Under the pieces are notes generated by a model. That model made no database searches. It saw only the letters and a list, made by a program, of their open reading frames with translations, and was not told the DNA's origin. The position numbers and the translations under genes were made by a program. Below are positions 34,326 through 43,510 of a stretch of 59,268 bases of DNA, piece by piece; the first letter of the stretch is position 1, and each line of letters opens with the position of its first letter. Source of the DNA: an uncultured Bdellovibrionales bacterium (GTDB lineage: Bacteria; Patescibacteriota; Minisyncoccia; Moranbacterales; GWC2-37-73); NCBI GenBank assembly GCA_964452415.1, contig CAYVME010000002.1, positions 1 through 59,268 of the forward strand. Reading direction: 5' to 3'.

Positions 34326-36197
34326 ATGAAAAAATTCTCATTCATGCTTTTGCAAAATAAAAAAGCCAAAATAACACTGCTCTTTTTATTATCCTTGATC
34401 ATGTATTTTTCGTTCGGCTTCAATCATATTGGAAAATTTTCCACTGTCGATGAATTGCATTGGCTCTATGATCGCATTCCGCAATATTGGAAAGGCGTAA
34501 CTCAACAAAAATGGAAATTGACATACATTCATGAAAAACCAGGCATAACACTTGCCATAGTATCAGGAACAGGACTTCTTGAATTTGACAATCCATTAAA
34601 ATACGAAAAGCAAAACAATCCAGGAAAAACAAAGGAGACCATGTCCATGGAGAATTTTTACACAGCATTCAGACTTCCAATTTTGATCTTTAATGGTCTT
34701 TTTTCAATATTCTTCTTTTGGGTGATGAGGAAAATAACAAGGGATTCATGGATATCTCTTTGGTCATCAATATTAATTCTTTCCTCCCCGATTCTTCTTG
34801 GAATGACTCAGATGGTCAATTCAGATGCTCTTCTTTGGACATTCACCACTGCAACCATCCTCTCCTTTGTGGCACTGCTGAAAACATCCGAAAAAAAATT
34901 AGCCTTTCTGACAGCTCTTTTTCTTGGTCTTTCAGTTTTGACAAAATTCACTTCCGTAATCCTGATGCCGTTTCTCTTCGTTATTTCTTTCATCTTTTAT
35001 TTCGAAAAAATAAAAGATTGGCAAAAAAACAATAACGACTCGTCCAGAGAGATAATGAAAATATCCCTGAACTATCTTTCAATTATTCTTGGATCGATAG
35101 TCGTTTTTGCACTGTTGATGCCTGCAAGCATAATAAAACCAAAATATCTATACGAAGGAACAATAGGCTATCCAGGCATGGAATTTGTTCTTTGGCCTAT
35201 TCTTGGAATTCAAATTCTCATAATTATTGATGGCCTCATTTCCAAAAACAAAATAACCATAAACATAATAGCTTTTTTGCAAAAAATTTGGGAAAAATAT
35301 TCAAAAATAATCCAAATTTCATTATCCTTCTCTTTTATTTTGCTTTTGGTTAACTATGCTTTCGGTTCTGACTTCTTGGGCTTTGAAAAAATTCCTTTCG
35401 ATGCATACCAGGAGCCCATTTTCTATCAGCAAAATTGGCTGAAAAAGATGCTACTCGAATTCAGGCCTATAATTTTCTCCCTGACACCACTTGTCCTTTT
35501 TTCTGTGATATATGTTTGGATTAAATCAATCTTCAAACCAATCAAAGAAAATGTTCTGGTTGCCACCATATCCCTATTTTTCTTGATTTTCTGCGCAGCC
35601 GTAATTCAAGAGAAACTCTTAAACATAATCCGCTACAGCATAATAATATATCCACTGATGTCTGTTTTGGCTGCAATCGGGATAAGTGAACTACTCTCCG
35701 GCAAGAAAAATGAAAAAATAAGCAAAACATTTGTCACCATTATCATAATAGCCATAAGTTTTGTCAGTCTCTGGCAAATAAAGCCTTTCTATTTAAATTA
35801 CACAAGTGACCTACTCCCCAAGAAATATGTCATAACTGACGCCTGGGGATATGGAGGCTATGAAGCTGCACAATATCTCAACTCACTCCCTGACGCGGCA
35901 AATAAGAGTGTCTGGAGCGATAGCACCGGAGTTTGCGAATTTTTCATAGGCACATGCAGGAAATCAAAATGCGAATTTCAAGATGACAGCACAAAATTTG
36001 ACTATTTGGTTTTCAGCAGAAGAGGAGAAATTCTCTTTTCCAGAGAAGCTCTCACAGTCAAAAGCAGGCTCTGCAACCAAAACAAGGATATCTACGACAC
36101 CATTAGTAAAGGATATTCAAGCAAAGACAAAGCGATTTTCAATTTATCAATAGATGGAAGGCCAGCAAATTCAATCACAGTAGTAGAGGCGAGATAA
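34326..36197 (+). CDS. GT-C fold membrane glycosyltransferase (ArnT/PMT-like), paralog B
   Basis: STVDELHW, KPGITLAIVSGTGLL, and a C-terminal module (YEAAQYLNSLPDAANKSVWSD...FDYLVF). It is collinear with paralog A. Confidence 0.75.
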   Translation: MKKFSFMLLQNKKAKITLLFLLSLIMYFSFGFNHIGKFSTVDELHWLYDRIPQYWKGVTQQKWKLTYIHEKPGITLAIVSGTGLLEFDNPLKYEKQNNPGKTKETMSMENFYTAFRLPILIFNGLFSIFFFWVMRKITRDSWISLWSSILILSSPILLGMTQMVNSDALLWTFTTATILSFVALLKTSEKKLAFLTALFLGLSVLTKFTSVILMPFLFVISFIFYFEKIKDWQKNNNDSSREIMKISLNYLSIILGSIVVFALLMPASIIKPKYLYEGTIGYPGMEFVLWPILGIQILIIIDGLISKNKITINIIAFLQKIWEKYSKIIQISLSFSFILLLVNYAFGSDFLGFEKIPFDAYQEPIFYQQNWLKKMLLEFRPIIFSLTPLVLFSVIYVWIKSIFKPIKENVLVATISLFFLIFCAAVIQEKLLNIIRYSIIIYPLMSVLAAIGISELLSGKKNEKISKTFVTIIIIAISFVSLWQIKPFYLNYTSDLLPKKYVITDAWGYGGYEAAQYLNSLPDAANKSVWSDSTGVCEFFIGTCRKSKCEFQDDSTKFDYLVFSRRGEILFSREALTVKSRLCNQNKDIYDTISKGYSSKDKAIFNLSIDGRPANSITVVEAR

Positions 36198-36207
36198 AAG
36201 AAACGCT

Positions 36208-36240
36208 CAAAAAACGGTCCCAAGTGGGACTGTTTTTTTA
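36208..36240. terminator. Bidirectional rho-independent terminator between convergent genes
   Basis: Stem ACGGTCCC (36214-36221) / GGGACTGT (36226-36233) with one G.U pair, flanked by an A-run and a T6 run. Confidence 0.75.
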
Positions 36241-36273
36241 ATAATCTTGAAAGGTAGACTTGATCAAATATTA

Positions 36274-38370
36274 CTAACTTGAAATATCATTTTCCTTTTT
36301 CTCTTGAAGATAAAAAGGCAGGGCAAAAAAACTGACGAACATCTGAATCACGCGTCCAAAAATTGCAATCGAAATTACAGCTTCTCCACTAACACCAAAC
36401 ATCCCAAAGAAAGTAAGGTAAGCCCACTCTTTGATGCCAATATTTCCAATACTGATGGGTATTGCAGAAACGATACTAACAATAGAAATAGCCACAATAA
36501 ATTCCGAAAAACCAATGTTGATGTGCAAATCCTGAAACAACATCCAAGTTGCCATGCCAACACCAATGAAATTATAGATTGCGCCCAACATTATCGTCTT
36601 GCCCAATATCTTATAATCCTTTCTGTATGTTCGGATATCCTGAAGCAAATCAATGACAGTCTTTGGCACAAAACGGACAACATGCCCCCAAATTGGCAAC
36701 ATACGCAACACAAACAAAAAGACTTCGACGCAAAGAGATGCAATAATAATCAAATTTATGGCCAACAAAATGGGATTCTGAATAACAGTATTAATATTGA
36801 ACAAACTAAAAACGAGTATCAAAACCATGACTCCGATAAACCCAGTTATCCTGTCCACCAAAACAGTGGAGGTCGCTTCCAAATATTTTCCACCATCAGA
36901 CTTCCCCATTCTATATGCGCGATAGGTGTCACCGCCAACGATTGAAGGGAAAAAATTATTAATGAATGTGCCCGTCAAATAAACCATGAAAACATCATAA
37001 AAATTTGTTTTTATCTTCTTAAAATCAAGAAATATTTTCCACTTATAAGATGACATTACAACACCAAAAGTATAAATGGCAGCAAAAGCAACCGCCCACC
37101 AAATGTCAATTTGACGGAAATCAGACACAACACCTTGCCAACTAATTTTCTTCAATATCCAAGCAATAAAACCCAAGGCAATCAAAATTTTCACAAATAT
37201 TTTCATTTTGTTGTTTTTTTTCTTGATATTTTTCTTGGCTCCCAATAAATTGTCAAAAAGCTTCGCATATTCAACAGCAACATTCTTCCAACTCATTTTT
37301 TCCGCCAATTGTCTGCTTTCCTGTGAGGCAATCTCCCTGAGCTTATGGTCAGAAATGAAACCTTCAATCCCCTGCTCAATCTCACGCGCCGAACATTTTT
37401 CAATCAAGATTCCTTGTTTGCCAACAATCTCCGCAGCGCCAGTTCTCGTGGTGATCATTGGAAGACCAGAGGCCAATGCTTCCTGGGTTACATTGCCCAG
37501 AGCTTCATTAAGCGATGGCAAAACAAAGACATGCGACCGTTGATACACTTTGACAATTTCTTCATGCTTGACCACACCCAAAAATTCTATCTTTTCTTCC
37601 AGATTGTTGTCTTTCGCATACTGTTGGTATGTTTGGCTGAGTGGACCATCCCCAGCAACCAAAAGCCTTGCATTTGGATATTTCACCGAAAGAGACGAGA
37701 AGGCTTCCAGCAAAAAATTCAAACCTTTTCTCTCAATCAATCTTCCCACAAAAAGAATGTTGAAGGTTTTTTCCTTGGCCAAAATTTCCTCATTCGGACG
37801 AAATTCTTCAACATCAATTCCATTATACAAAACACTAATCTCCTGTTTTTTTGATGTTTTCCTCGCAATATCAATCAAATCATTGCTCAAAGCAACAACA
37901 GCATTCGCTTTTTTCCAAACAATTTTGCTCAAATATTTGAAAAATATCAAATCAATAATGAAAAAACGCTTACTGTAAAATGGAACATCGCTTCCACGAA
38001 GACTCACGATGTATGGCAACCCCAGACACATTGCAATAAATCCACATGGTATTCCAAAAAAAGCCAACGACAAATCATATTTTTCTTTCTTGGCCAATTT
38101 TCGCGCAAACCAATACGCCCGCCATGAATAAACAAGCAACTCCTTGTTGCTTTGATAATGCAATTTGTCGGGATTTTTTCCAATAGGAAGCTTGTGTATT
38201 TTCACATTATCACCAACAAGCTCCAAATGATATTTGTCATCAATCGAAGAAGTCACAAAATCTATTTCCAGATCCTTCATTTTTGAATACTCCCTTAGCA
38301 AATAAAATGAAGCATTGCCAGCTCCCCCTCCAAGAGGTGGGAATTCATAATTGAAAAATAATATTTTCAT
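36274..38370 (-). CDS. Fusion protein: N-terminal GT4 glycosyltransferase plus C-terminal LPG-synthase-TM / flippase-like (UPF0104-type) membrane domain
   Basis: 698-aa ORF. The GT4 part has MKILFFNYEFPPLGGGAGNASFYLL and NEALGNVTQEALASGLPMITT. The C-terminal ~310 aa are polytopic and carry FINNFFPSIVGGDTYRAYRM. Confidence 0.75.
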   Translation of the reverse strand: MKILFFNYEFPPLGGGAGNASFYLLREYSKMKDLEIDFVTSSIDDKYHLELVGDNVKIHKLPIGKNPDKLHYQSNKELLVYSWRAYWFARKLAKKEKYDLSLAFFGIPCGFIAMCLGLPYIVSLRGSDVPFYSKRFFIIDLIFFKYLSKIVWKKANAVVALSNDLIDIARKTSKKQEISVLYNGIDVEEFRPNEEILAKEKTFNILFVGRLIERKGLNFLLEAFSSLSVKYPNARLLVAGDGPLSQTYQQYAKDNNLEEKIEFLGVVKHEEIVKVYQRSHVFVLPSLNEALGNVTQEALASGLPMITTRTGAAEIVGKQGILIEKCSAREIEQGIEGFISDHKLREIASQESRQLAEKMSWKNVAVEYAKLFDNLLGAKKNIKKKNNKMKIFVKILIALGFIAWILKKISWQGVVSDFRQIDIWWAVAFAAIYTFGVVMSSYKWKIFLDFKKIKTNFYDVFMVYLTGTFINNFFPSIVGGDTYRAYRMGKSDGGKYLEATSTVLVDRITGFIGVMVLILVFSLFNINTVIQNPILLAINLIIIASLCVEVFLFVLRMLPIWGHVVRFVPKTVIDLLQDIRTYRKDYKILGKTIMLGAIYNFIGVGMATWMLFQDLHINIGFSEFIVAISIVSIVSAIPISIGNIGIKEWAYLTFFGMFGVSGEAVISIAIFGRVIQMFVSFFALPFYLQEKKENDISS

Positions 38371-38412
38371 ATAATAATTTTACAATATTCCTAAAGACCA
38401 AAAAGTATTTCT

Positions 38413-38449
38413 CTTTATAGACTTTATGGACTTTCAACTTTATGGACTT
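38413..38449. repeat. 'Word' repeat (CTTTATAGACTTTATGGACTTTCAACTTTATGGACTT)
   Basis: Same word family as 14487-14524, 38977-39012, 43580-43606 and 46640-46737. Confidence 0.55.
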
Positions 38450-38490
38450 ATTTAACAATCCTATCATTTTTCAAAGATTTCAACAAACAG

Positions 38491-38519
38491 TTGACACTTG
38501 TTCATTTTAGGTGTATAAT
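38491..38519 (+). promoter_or_regulatory. Consensus sigma70 promoter for the 95-aa gene
   Basis: TTGACA (38491-38496), a 17-nt spacer, then TATAAT (38514-38519). Confidence 0.65.
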
Positions 38520-38580
38520 AACAAGAACATCAAAAAGTGCACATGCACTTTAAAAACCAAGCAGTAAAAGGAGAGGACCA

Positions 38581-38868
38581 ATGTCCCTAAGAAAAACGGC
38601 ATTCTATGCCCTGGCCAGCGAGGGAACACGGCGTGAGCTTTTGCAAGTCAAAGCAGCACTTGACGACGCAATACACAATTTACCCAGGCGTCACGCAATT
38701 GAAAAGGATGGGAGCGGGAAAATGATTCTTTTCGTCAATATTTCCTTTGAGCCCTCAGATGAAACTCTCACCGCACTGAAGAAGTGCTATGTGAACGACG
38801 CCCATGGTTGGAGAGACATCCAGCATGCCAAAATGGCCTGCCATCAGCTTAAATTCTACGAAGCCTGA
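38581..38868 (+). CDS. Small cytoplasmic protein (hypothetical), own transcription unit
   Basis: 95-aa ORF with SD AAAGGAGAGG 4 nt upstream of the ATG, a consensus promoter and a strong terminator. G+C is clearly above the local background. Confidence 0.65.
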   Translation: MSLRKTAFYALASEGTRRELLQVKAALDDAIHNLPRRHAIEKDGSGKMILFVNISFEPSDETLTALKKCYVNDAHGWRDIQHAKMACHQLKFYEA

Positions 38869-38893
38869 CACAAAGCAACACCTGCAACAAAAA

Positions 38894-38930
38894 ACGACCC
38901 GACGAGAAGTTCTCGGGTCGTTTTAATTTT
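38894..38930. terminator. Rho-independent terminator (also usable by convergent ugd)
   Basis: Stem ACGACCCGA(C)GA / TCTCGGGTCGT (38894-38921), then TTTTAATTTT. An A-run lies upstream. Confidence 0.8.
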
Positions 38931-38976
38931 ATCCTCTAAATTTACCGCTTCGCATTTTGTATTTCTGAGTTTTGCA

Positions 38977-39012
38977 CTTTATAGACTTTATGAACTTTTG
39001 ACTTTATGAACT
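38977..39012. repeat. 'Word' repeat (CTTTATAGACTTTATGAACTTTTGACTTTATGAACT)
   Basis: Same family as 38413-38449. It lies just downstream of the ugd stop. Confidence 0.55.
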
Positions 39013-39017
39013 GTCCT

Positions 39018-40343
39018 TTACCTCCCTATCGAAAAATATTCAATCCCCAATTCTTTCATCTTTTTTGGTTCATACATCAAGCGACCATCAAAAATCATTG
39101 GTGTTTTCAAAAGTTTTTTGATTTGATCGAAATCTGGTGTGCGAAATTCTTTCCACTCAGTGATGATCAGGAGGGCGTCAGCATCTTTGAGTGCATCATA
39201 TTTATTTTCAAAATATGAAATTGCAAGATTTTCACCAAAATATTCTTCTCGCTGAGCCATTTGCATTGCTTCAGGATCATGCGCTTGAATTTTGGCTCCT
39301 CTTTTCACCAGCTCATTGATAATTGTGATTGCTGAAGATTCTCGCATGTCATCAGTCCCAGCTTTGAAAGCCAGCCCCCAAACTGCAAAAGTTTTTTCCT
39401 TCAAATCCTCGCCCAATTTTTCCACAACCATTTGCGACAAGACAAATTTCTGCTTCTCATTTGTATCCAAAGTTTGTTTCAACATCTCAGCATCATAACC
39501 AAAATCTTTGGCTGTTTTAATCAGAGCTTTCACATCTTTTGGGAAACATGATCCTCCGAATCCTGGACCAGCATACATGAAAGGCTCTCCAATTCTTGGA
39601 TCGGCGCCCATGGCTTTTCGCACATGGTCAAAATCAGCTCCCGCTTTTGAGCAAATGTTCGCCAAGTCATTATTCACAGAAATCTTTGCTGCCAAAAAAC
39701 AGTTCGAGGCATATTTCACAATTTCTGCAGTCTTGGCATCCATCGAAAAAAATCTTCCCTCTCGACGCATAAAAGGTTCATACAATTCTTGCATCGTCTG
39801 GGCGGTTTTGGCGTCATCGGTTCCCACCACCACGCGACTTGGCTCAAGAAAATCTTTAACCGCAGTTCCTTGTGCCAAAAACTCGGGATTGCTCACCACA
39901 TGAAATTCAATTTTTTCACCTCTCTTTTCCAACTCCTTGGAAATTTCCTTGGCCACCATTTCCGCTGTTCCAACTGGAACGGTTGATTTGTCCACAATGA
40001 TCAAAGGATGATCCATGAATTGCCCAATTGAAGTTGCCACACCCAAAACATGAGAAAGATCAGCGCTTCCATCTTCATTTGGAGGTGTTCCCACGGCAAT
40101 AAAAACGATGTCGCTTTTTTTGATCGCATCTTCAAAATTTGTTGTATATTCAAGAGTTTCATTTTTCAAATTTCTTGCCACCAACTCATCCAAGCCCTTT
40201 TCGTGAAGTGGCACTTTTCCACTTTTGAATTGCTCGACTTTTTTTGCATCCTTGTCCACACAAATAACCGTGTTCCCCATTTCTGCAAAACATGCTCCGG
40301 TCACAGAGCCAACATATCCAGTTCCAATAACACCAATTTTCAT
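39018..40343 (-). CDS. ugd: UDP-glucose 6-dehydrogenase
   Basis: 441-aa ORF with MKIGVIGTGYVGSVTGACFAEMGN and the catalytic motif GFGGSCFPKDV. Confidence 0.9.
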   Translation of the reverse strand: MKIGVIGTGYVGSVTGACFAEMGNTVICVDKDAKKVEQFKSGKVPLHEKGLDELVARNLKNETLEYTTNFEDAIKKSDIVFIAVGTPPNEDGSADLSHVLGVATSIGQFMDHPLIIVDKSTVPVGTAEMVAKEISKELEKRGEKIEFHVVSNPEFLAQGTAVKDFLEPSRVVVGTDDAKTAQTMQELYEPFMRREGRFFSMDAKTAEIVKYASNCFLAAKISVNNDLANICSKAGADFDHVRKAMGADPRIGEPFMYAGPGFGGSCFPKDVKALIKTAKDFGYDAEMLKQTLDTNEKQKFVLSQMVVEKLGEDLKEKTFAVWGLAFKAGTDDMRESSAITIINELVKRGAKIQAHDPEAMQMAQREEYFGENLAISYFENKYDALKDADALLIITEWKEFRTPDFDQIKKLLKTPMIFDGRLMYEPKKMKELGIEYFSIGR

Positions 40344-40393
40344 AAGATTTAATATTATGCTAATTATACAAATAAATGCCCATCCACGAATTA

Positions 40394-40783
40394 CTAATCC
40401 TTGAATTCAGAATTTATAACTCTTTTAGGTTTAAGGTATTTTTCCCTAAAATTTACCAACAAGCCCAATTTTTTATTCAAGGCAATCAAATATCTTTTGG
40501 TCTGATAAAAATCAGGCCTCTCTATTAACCTTTTTACTTTAAGCTCTAGAATTATCAAGTCCTCAACTAAAAAATCAATTTTATTTCTATTCGCTTTTTC
40601 TCCTTCGAATGATGCGGGTAGAAATTTCTCTCTTTCAAATCTCAACTTTCTCTCTTCAAGTTTCTTTTCGAGCAAATCTCCATATTGTTTTTCATTACAA
40701 TATCTTCCAAGCTCATTTTGAACATCAAAAAGCGCTCCATTGATACCATACGACAGCTCAGCATAAATAAGCTCTTGCTTCAT
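40394..40783 (-). CDS. GxxExxY family protein (PD-(D/E)XK nuclease-like fold)
   Basis: YGINGALFDVQNELGRYCNEKQYGDLLEKKL ... IDFLVEDLIILELKV. I prefer the ATG at 40783; the track start at 40795 is a TTG lying inside a repeat. Confidence 0.7.
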   Translation of the reverse strand: MKQELIYAELSYGINGALFDVQNELGRYCNEKQYGDLLEKKLEERKLRFEREKFLPASFEGEKANRNKIDFLVEDLIILELKVKRLIERPDFYQTKRYLIALNKKLGLLVNFREKYLKPKRVINSEFKD

Positions 40784-40835
40784 TTTTATTCGCAATTAGT
40801 GGATTAGTATTTATTCGTGGATTGGCATCACATCC
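40782..40835. repeat. ATTCGCAATTAGTGGATT... repeat family, copy 2
   Basis: About 90% identical, by eye, to 43612-43665. It spans the stop codon of the GT2 gene and encodes its last residues (DVMPIHE*). Confidence 0.7.
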
Positions 40836-41779
40836 TTATTACTTCTCTTTCTGACAACATACATTGGCCTTCCAATCACTTCTTCGTGAATATTTGCAAC
40901 ATACAGAGCCAACAGGCCAATCGAAGACAGCAATATTCCAACCAAGAAAACCAACAAAATTGCCAAACCTTCAGCATCTGAAAATTTTGCAATCAAGAAT
41001 TGATTACGAAAAAAGTATCTCCCCACAAGAATGAAAAAGCCAACTGGCCCAGAAGTGACAACAATCAAAATCCCGAGATATCCCGCCAACTTGAGCGGAA
41101 ACAAACTCAACGAAACAAAACTGTTCATGGCCAATTTCAAAAGCATCCAAGTGGAATAACTTGCAGTTCCGTGCAAGCGATCTTTGGCATCAAAATTAAT
41201 ATACGCCCTCTTAAAACCGAGCCAGTCAATCAAAGCTCTGGTCATTCGACTTTTTTCAGTAAACTTATTAAATTCCTCAATAACAACCCTGTCAATCAAT
41301 CGAAAATCCGTTGCATTTGGAATAATTCTAATTTCGGCAATTTTATTTATGAGCTCGTAAAACAAAACCGAACCAACTCGTTTAATGAAACCCTCACTTT
41401 TTGAACTGTTGCGAACGCCAACCACCACTTCCGCTCCAGCTTCCCACTTGGCAATAAAATCCGGAATGAGCTCTGTTGGATGCTGAAGATCACCATCAAT
41501 CATGATGCAAGCATCCCCTTTACAATTATTGATGCCGGCGGTTGTGGCAAGCTCCTTGCCAAAATTACGCGAAAAATCAAGAAATCTCACTGATTCATCT
41601 TGGGCGGAAAGCTTCTCAATTTCAACCATTGTTCCATCCCTGCTCCCATCATTCACAAAAAGAATGTCAAAAACATATCCGTTCTCCAGTTTTGCAAAAA
41701 CTTTTTTCAATTCAGCATAAAGCGGAAGAATGTTTTCCTTTTCATTATAAACAGGGATAATTATTGTTATCGATTTCAT
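40811..41779 (-). CDS. GT2 polyprenyl-phosphate glycosyltransferase (GtrB/ArnC/Dpm1-like)
   Basis: 322-aa ORF with ITIIIPVYNEKENILPLYAEL, NDGSRDGT and IDGDLQH, plus two C-terminal TM helices. Confidence 0.85.
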   Translation of the reverse strand: MKSITIIIPVYNEKENILPLYAELKKVFAKLENGYVFDILFVNDGSRDGTMVEIEKLSAQDESVRFLDFSRNFGKELATTAGINNCKGDACIMIDGDLQHPTELIPDFIAKWEAGAEVVVGVRNSSKSEGFIKRVGSVLFYELINKIAEIRIIPNATDFRLIDRVVIEEFNKFTEKSRMTRALIDWLGFKRAYINFDAKDRLHGTASYSTWMLLKLAMNSFVSLSLFPLKLAGYLGILIVVTSGPVGFFILVGRYFFRNQFLIAKFSDAEGLAILLVFLVGILLSSIGLLALYVANIHEEVIGRPMYVVRKRSNKDVMPIHE

Positions 41780-41808
41780 ATTAAAAAAATACTATACAGA
41801 AATTCAAT

Positions 41809-42975
41809 TTAGCTGTTAATTTTTCTTAAATTTCTAATTTTTTCATAAAGCTCGAAATATTGACCAGCCAAGCTTCTCCAGCTCAATTTTTCTGCCAATT
41901 TTTTGCTTTCCAAACTCAAGGATTTTTCAAGATCATGATCCAAGATTATTTTTTCAATTTTTTCCGCCAAATCATCTGGGTCTTTCATTCTCACCATCAA
42001 ACAATTAACGCCATCCGTCAAGAGTTCAGCAGTTCCCTCTGTATTTGTGGCAACAACAGCAAGACCACAAGCCAGAGCTTCGAGCGTTGAGTCGCTAATG
42101 CCATCAGCCAAAGATGTTGAAACAAAAACATTGGATTTTTGATAATATTTGAGCATATTTTCATGTGAAACCAATCCAGCAAATTCAACCTTTTCTCTCA
42201 AATCAAGACCCTGCACCAAATCTTCCAGAGACTGCCTTTCATTTCCATCGCCAACAACAACCAAGCGAGCATTCTCATATCGCCCAGAAAGAATCTTGAA
42301 AGCTTGAATCAAAAATCTGACTCCTTTCATTGGCGTCACTCGCGAAGCACAAATCATTGTGAATTGCTCAGAATTTCTCTTGTTTTCATCTGGGAAAAAT
42401 TCATCTGTGTCCACGCCATCATGAATGATTCCAATTTCTTTTTTTGGCTCAAGCTTCAATGCAAGTTCTTTCATTTTCTGACCATTTGCAACAACAAATG
42501 TTGCACCTTTCCAGATTCTCAAAATCATTGGAGTGATCCATTTGTAAAGCTTCGAAAATCTCTCATTGAAACCGGGAACATCTGATCCGCGAAGTGAAAC
42601 AACATATGGCAAGCCGAATTCCCACTTGAGAAGCATGGAAACGAATCCGCAAGGAACTGAAAAAAATGAATGTGACAAATCATAAGAATTTTTCTTGGCC
42701 AATTTCCTGGCGAACCAAAATGCATTCCAAGCATATGAGATCAACTCCTTTTTGGTTTGATAATGAATATTATCAACATTTTTTCCAACTGGAAGTCTGT
42801 GAATATTTATATTGTCCCCCATTTTCAGCAGATGATACTGCCCATCGATTGAAGCCGTCACAAAATCAATCTCGACTTCGGGATTCTTGGCATATTCTCG
42901 CAAAAGATGAAATGAAGCATTGCCTGCTTCCGTGCCCAATGGTGGAAATTTATAATTGAAAAATAGAATCTTCAT
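41809..42975 (-). CDS. GT4 family glycosyltransferase (paralog of the GT4 domain of 36274-38370)
   Basis: 388-aa ORF. The N-terminus MKILFFNYKFPPLGTEAGNASFHLLREY aligns along its length with the fusion protein's GT4 part. Confidence 0.85.
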   Translation of the reverse strand: MKILFFNYKFPPLGTEAGNASFHLLREYAKNPEVEIDFVTASIDGQYHLLKMGDNINIHRLPVGKNVDNIHYQTKKELISYAWNAFWFARKLAKKNSYDLSHSFFSVPCGFVSMLLKWEFGLPYVVSLRGSDVPGFNERFSKLYKWITPMILRIWKGATFVVANGQKMKELALKLEPKKEIGIIHDGVDTDEFFPDENKRNSEQFTMICASRVTPMKGVRFLIQAFKILSGRYENARLVVVGDGNERQSLEDLVQGLDLREKVEFAGLVSHENMLKYYQKSNVFVSTSLADGISDSTLEALACGLAVVATNTEGTAELLTDGVNCLMVRMKDPDDLAEKIEKIILDHDLEKSLSLESKKLAEKLSWRSLAGQYFELYEKIRNLRKINS

Positions 42976-42982
42976 GAATTTT

Positions 42983-43063
42983 AGCCTATAAAGCTAAAAG
43001 CCTATGAAGTCCGTAAAGCATTTCACTTGATGGACTTGATGGACTCTGTGACTTGATGAACTT
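42983..43063. repeat. Long imperfect hairpin built from complementary 'word' repeats
   Basis: Core AAGTCCGTAAAG (43007-43018) pairs with CTTGATGGACTT (43026-43037) at 11 of 12 positions. The flanking words extend the stem imperfectly. Confidence 0.6.
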
Positions 43064-43124
43064 ATTTCACAATCTTACCATTTTCCGACCCAAAAATCAA
43101 TTTTGCAATCAAAAACCACAGGTA

Positions 43125-43153
43125 TTGACAAAATCGCCATATTGTGCAATACT
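43125..43153 (+). promoter_or_regulatory. Sigma70 promoter with extended -10 for the 97-aa gene
   Basis: TTGACA (43125-43130), a 17-nt spacer, then TGcAATACT (43145-43153). Confidence 0.6.
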
Positions 43154-43211
43154 CACATGTGGCTCAAAACAGTTCTCAAGCAATCAAAAAAACACATACA
43201 GGAGGCAGGAC

Positions 43212-43505
43212 ATGAACACGGAATCAACATACAATGATGTGAAGAATCCCGGAGAACGCGATGCTGCAATGAGGCTCAACTTGCAAATAAGGGCTGAGCT
43301 TCAAAAAAAGCCTTCTCTGCCATTTGAGGTTAAAACAAGTGCCCCTCAGTTCACTGAGAAAGCGGAAAAGTTAGTCCGCAATGACTGGCGCAAGGATGCC
43401 AGCATTGAGTTCTCATTCAACGCCGAAAAGGAGGAAGTGACCGCCACAGTCACTCCAATAGCGCCAAAAAAGAATGAGGATGAAAAAGAGAAAGAAACAC
43501 AGTAG
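43212..43505 (+). CDS. Small cytoplasmic protein (hypothetical), own transcription unit
   Basis: 97-aa product (MNTESTYND...) with SD GGAGG 6 nt upstream of the ATG, its own promoter and its own terminator. The track's longer ORF (from 43053) would begin upstream of the promoter. Confidence 0.65.
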   Translation: MNTESTYNDVKNPGERDAAMRLNLQIRAELQKKPSLPFEVKTSAPQFTEKAEKLVRNDWRKDASIEFSFNAEKEEVTATVTPIAPKKNEDEKEKETQ

Positions 43506-43510
43506 AAAGA

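Noticed and set aside
37214-37221. A T8 run (A8 on the coding strand) exactly at the junction between the GT4 domain and the flippase-like domain, as a possible slipped-strand phase-variation switch that would split the fusion.
   Set aside because: Homopolymer runs of this length are common throughout this AT-rich window. They are a natural consequence of Lys-rich linkers, and the sequence gives no evidence of length variation.
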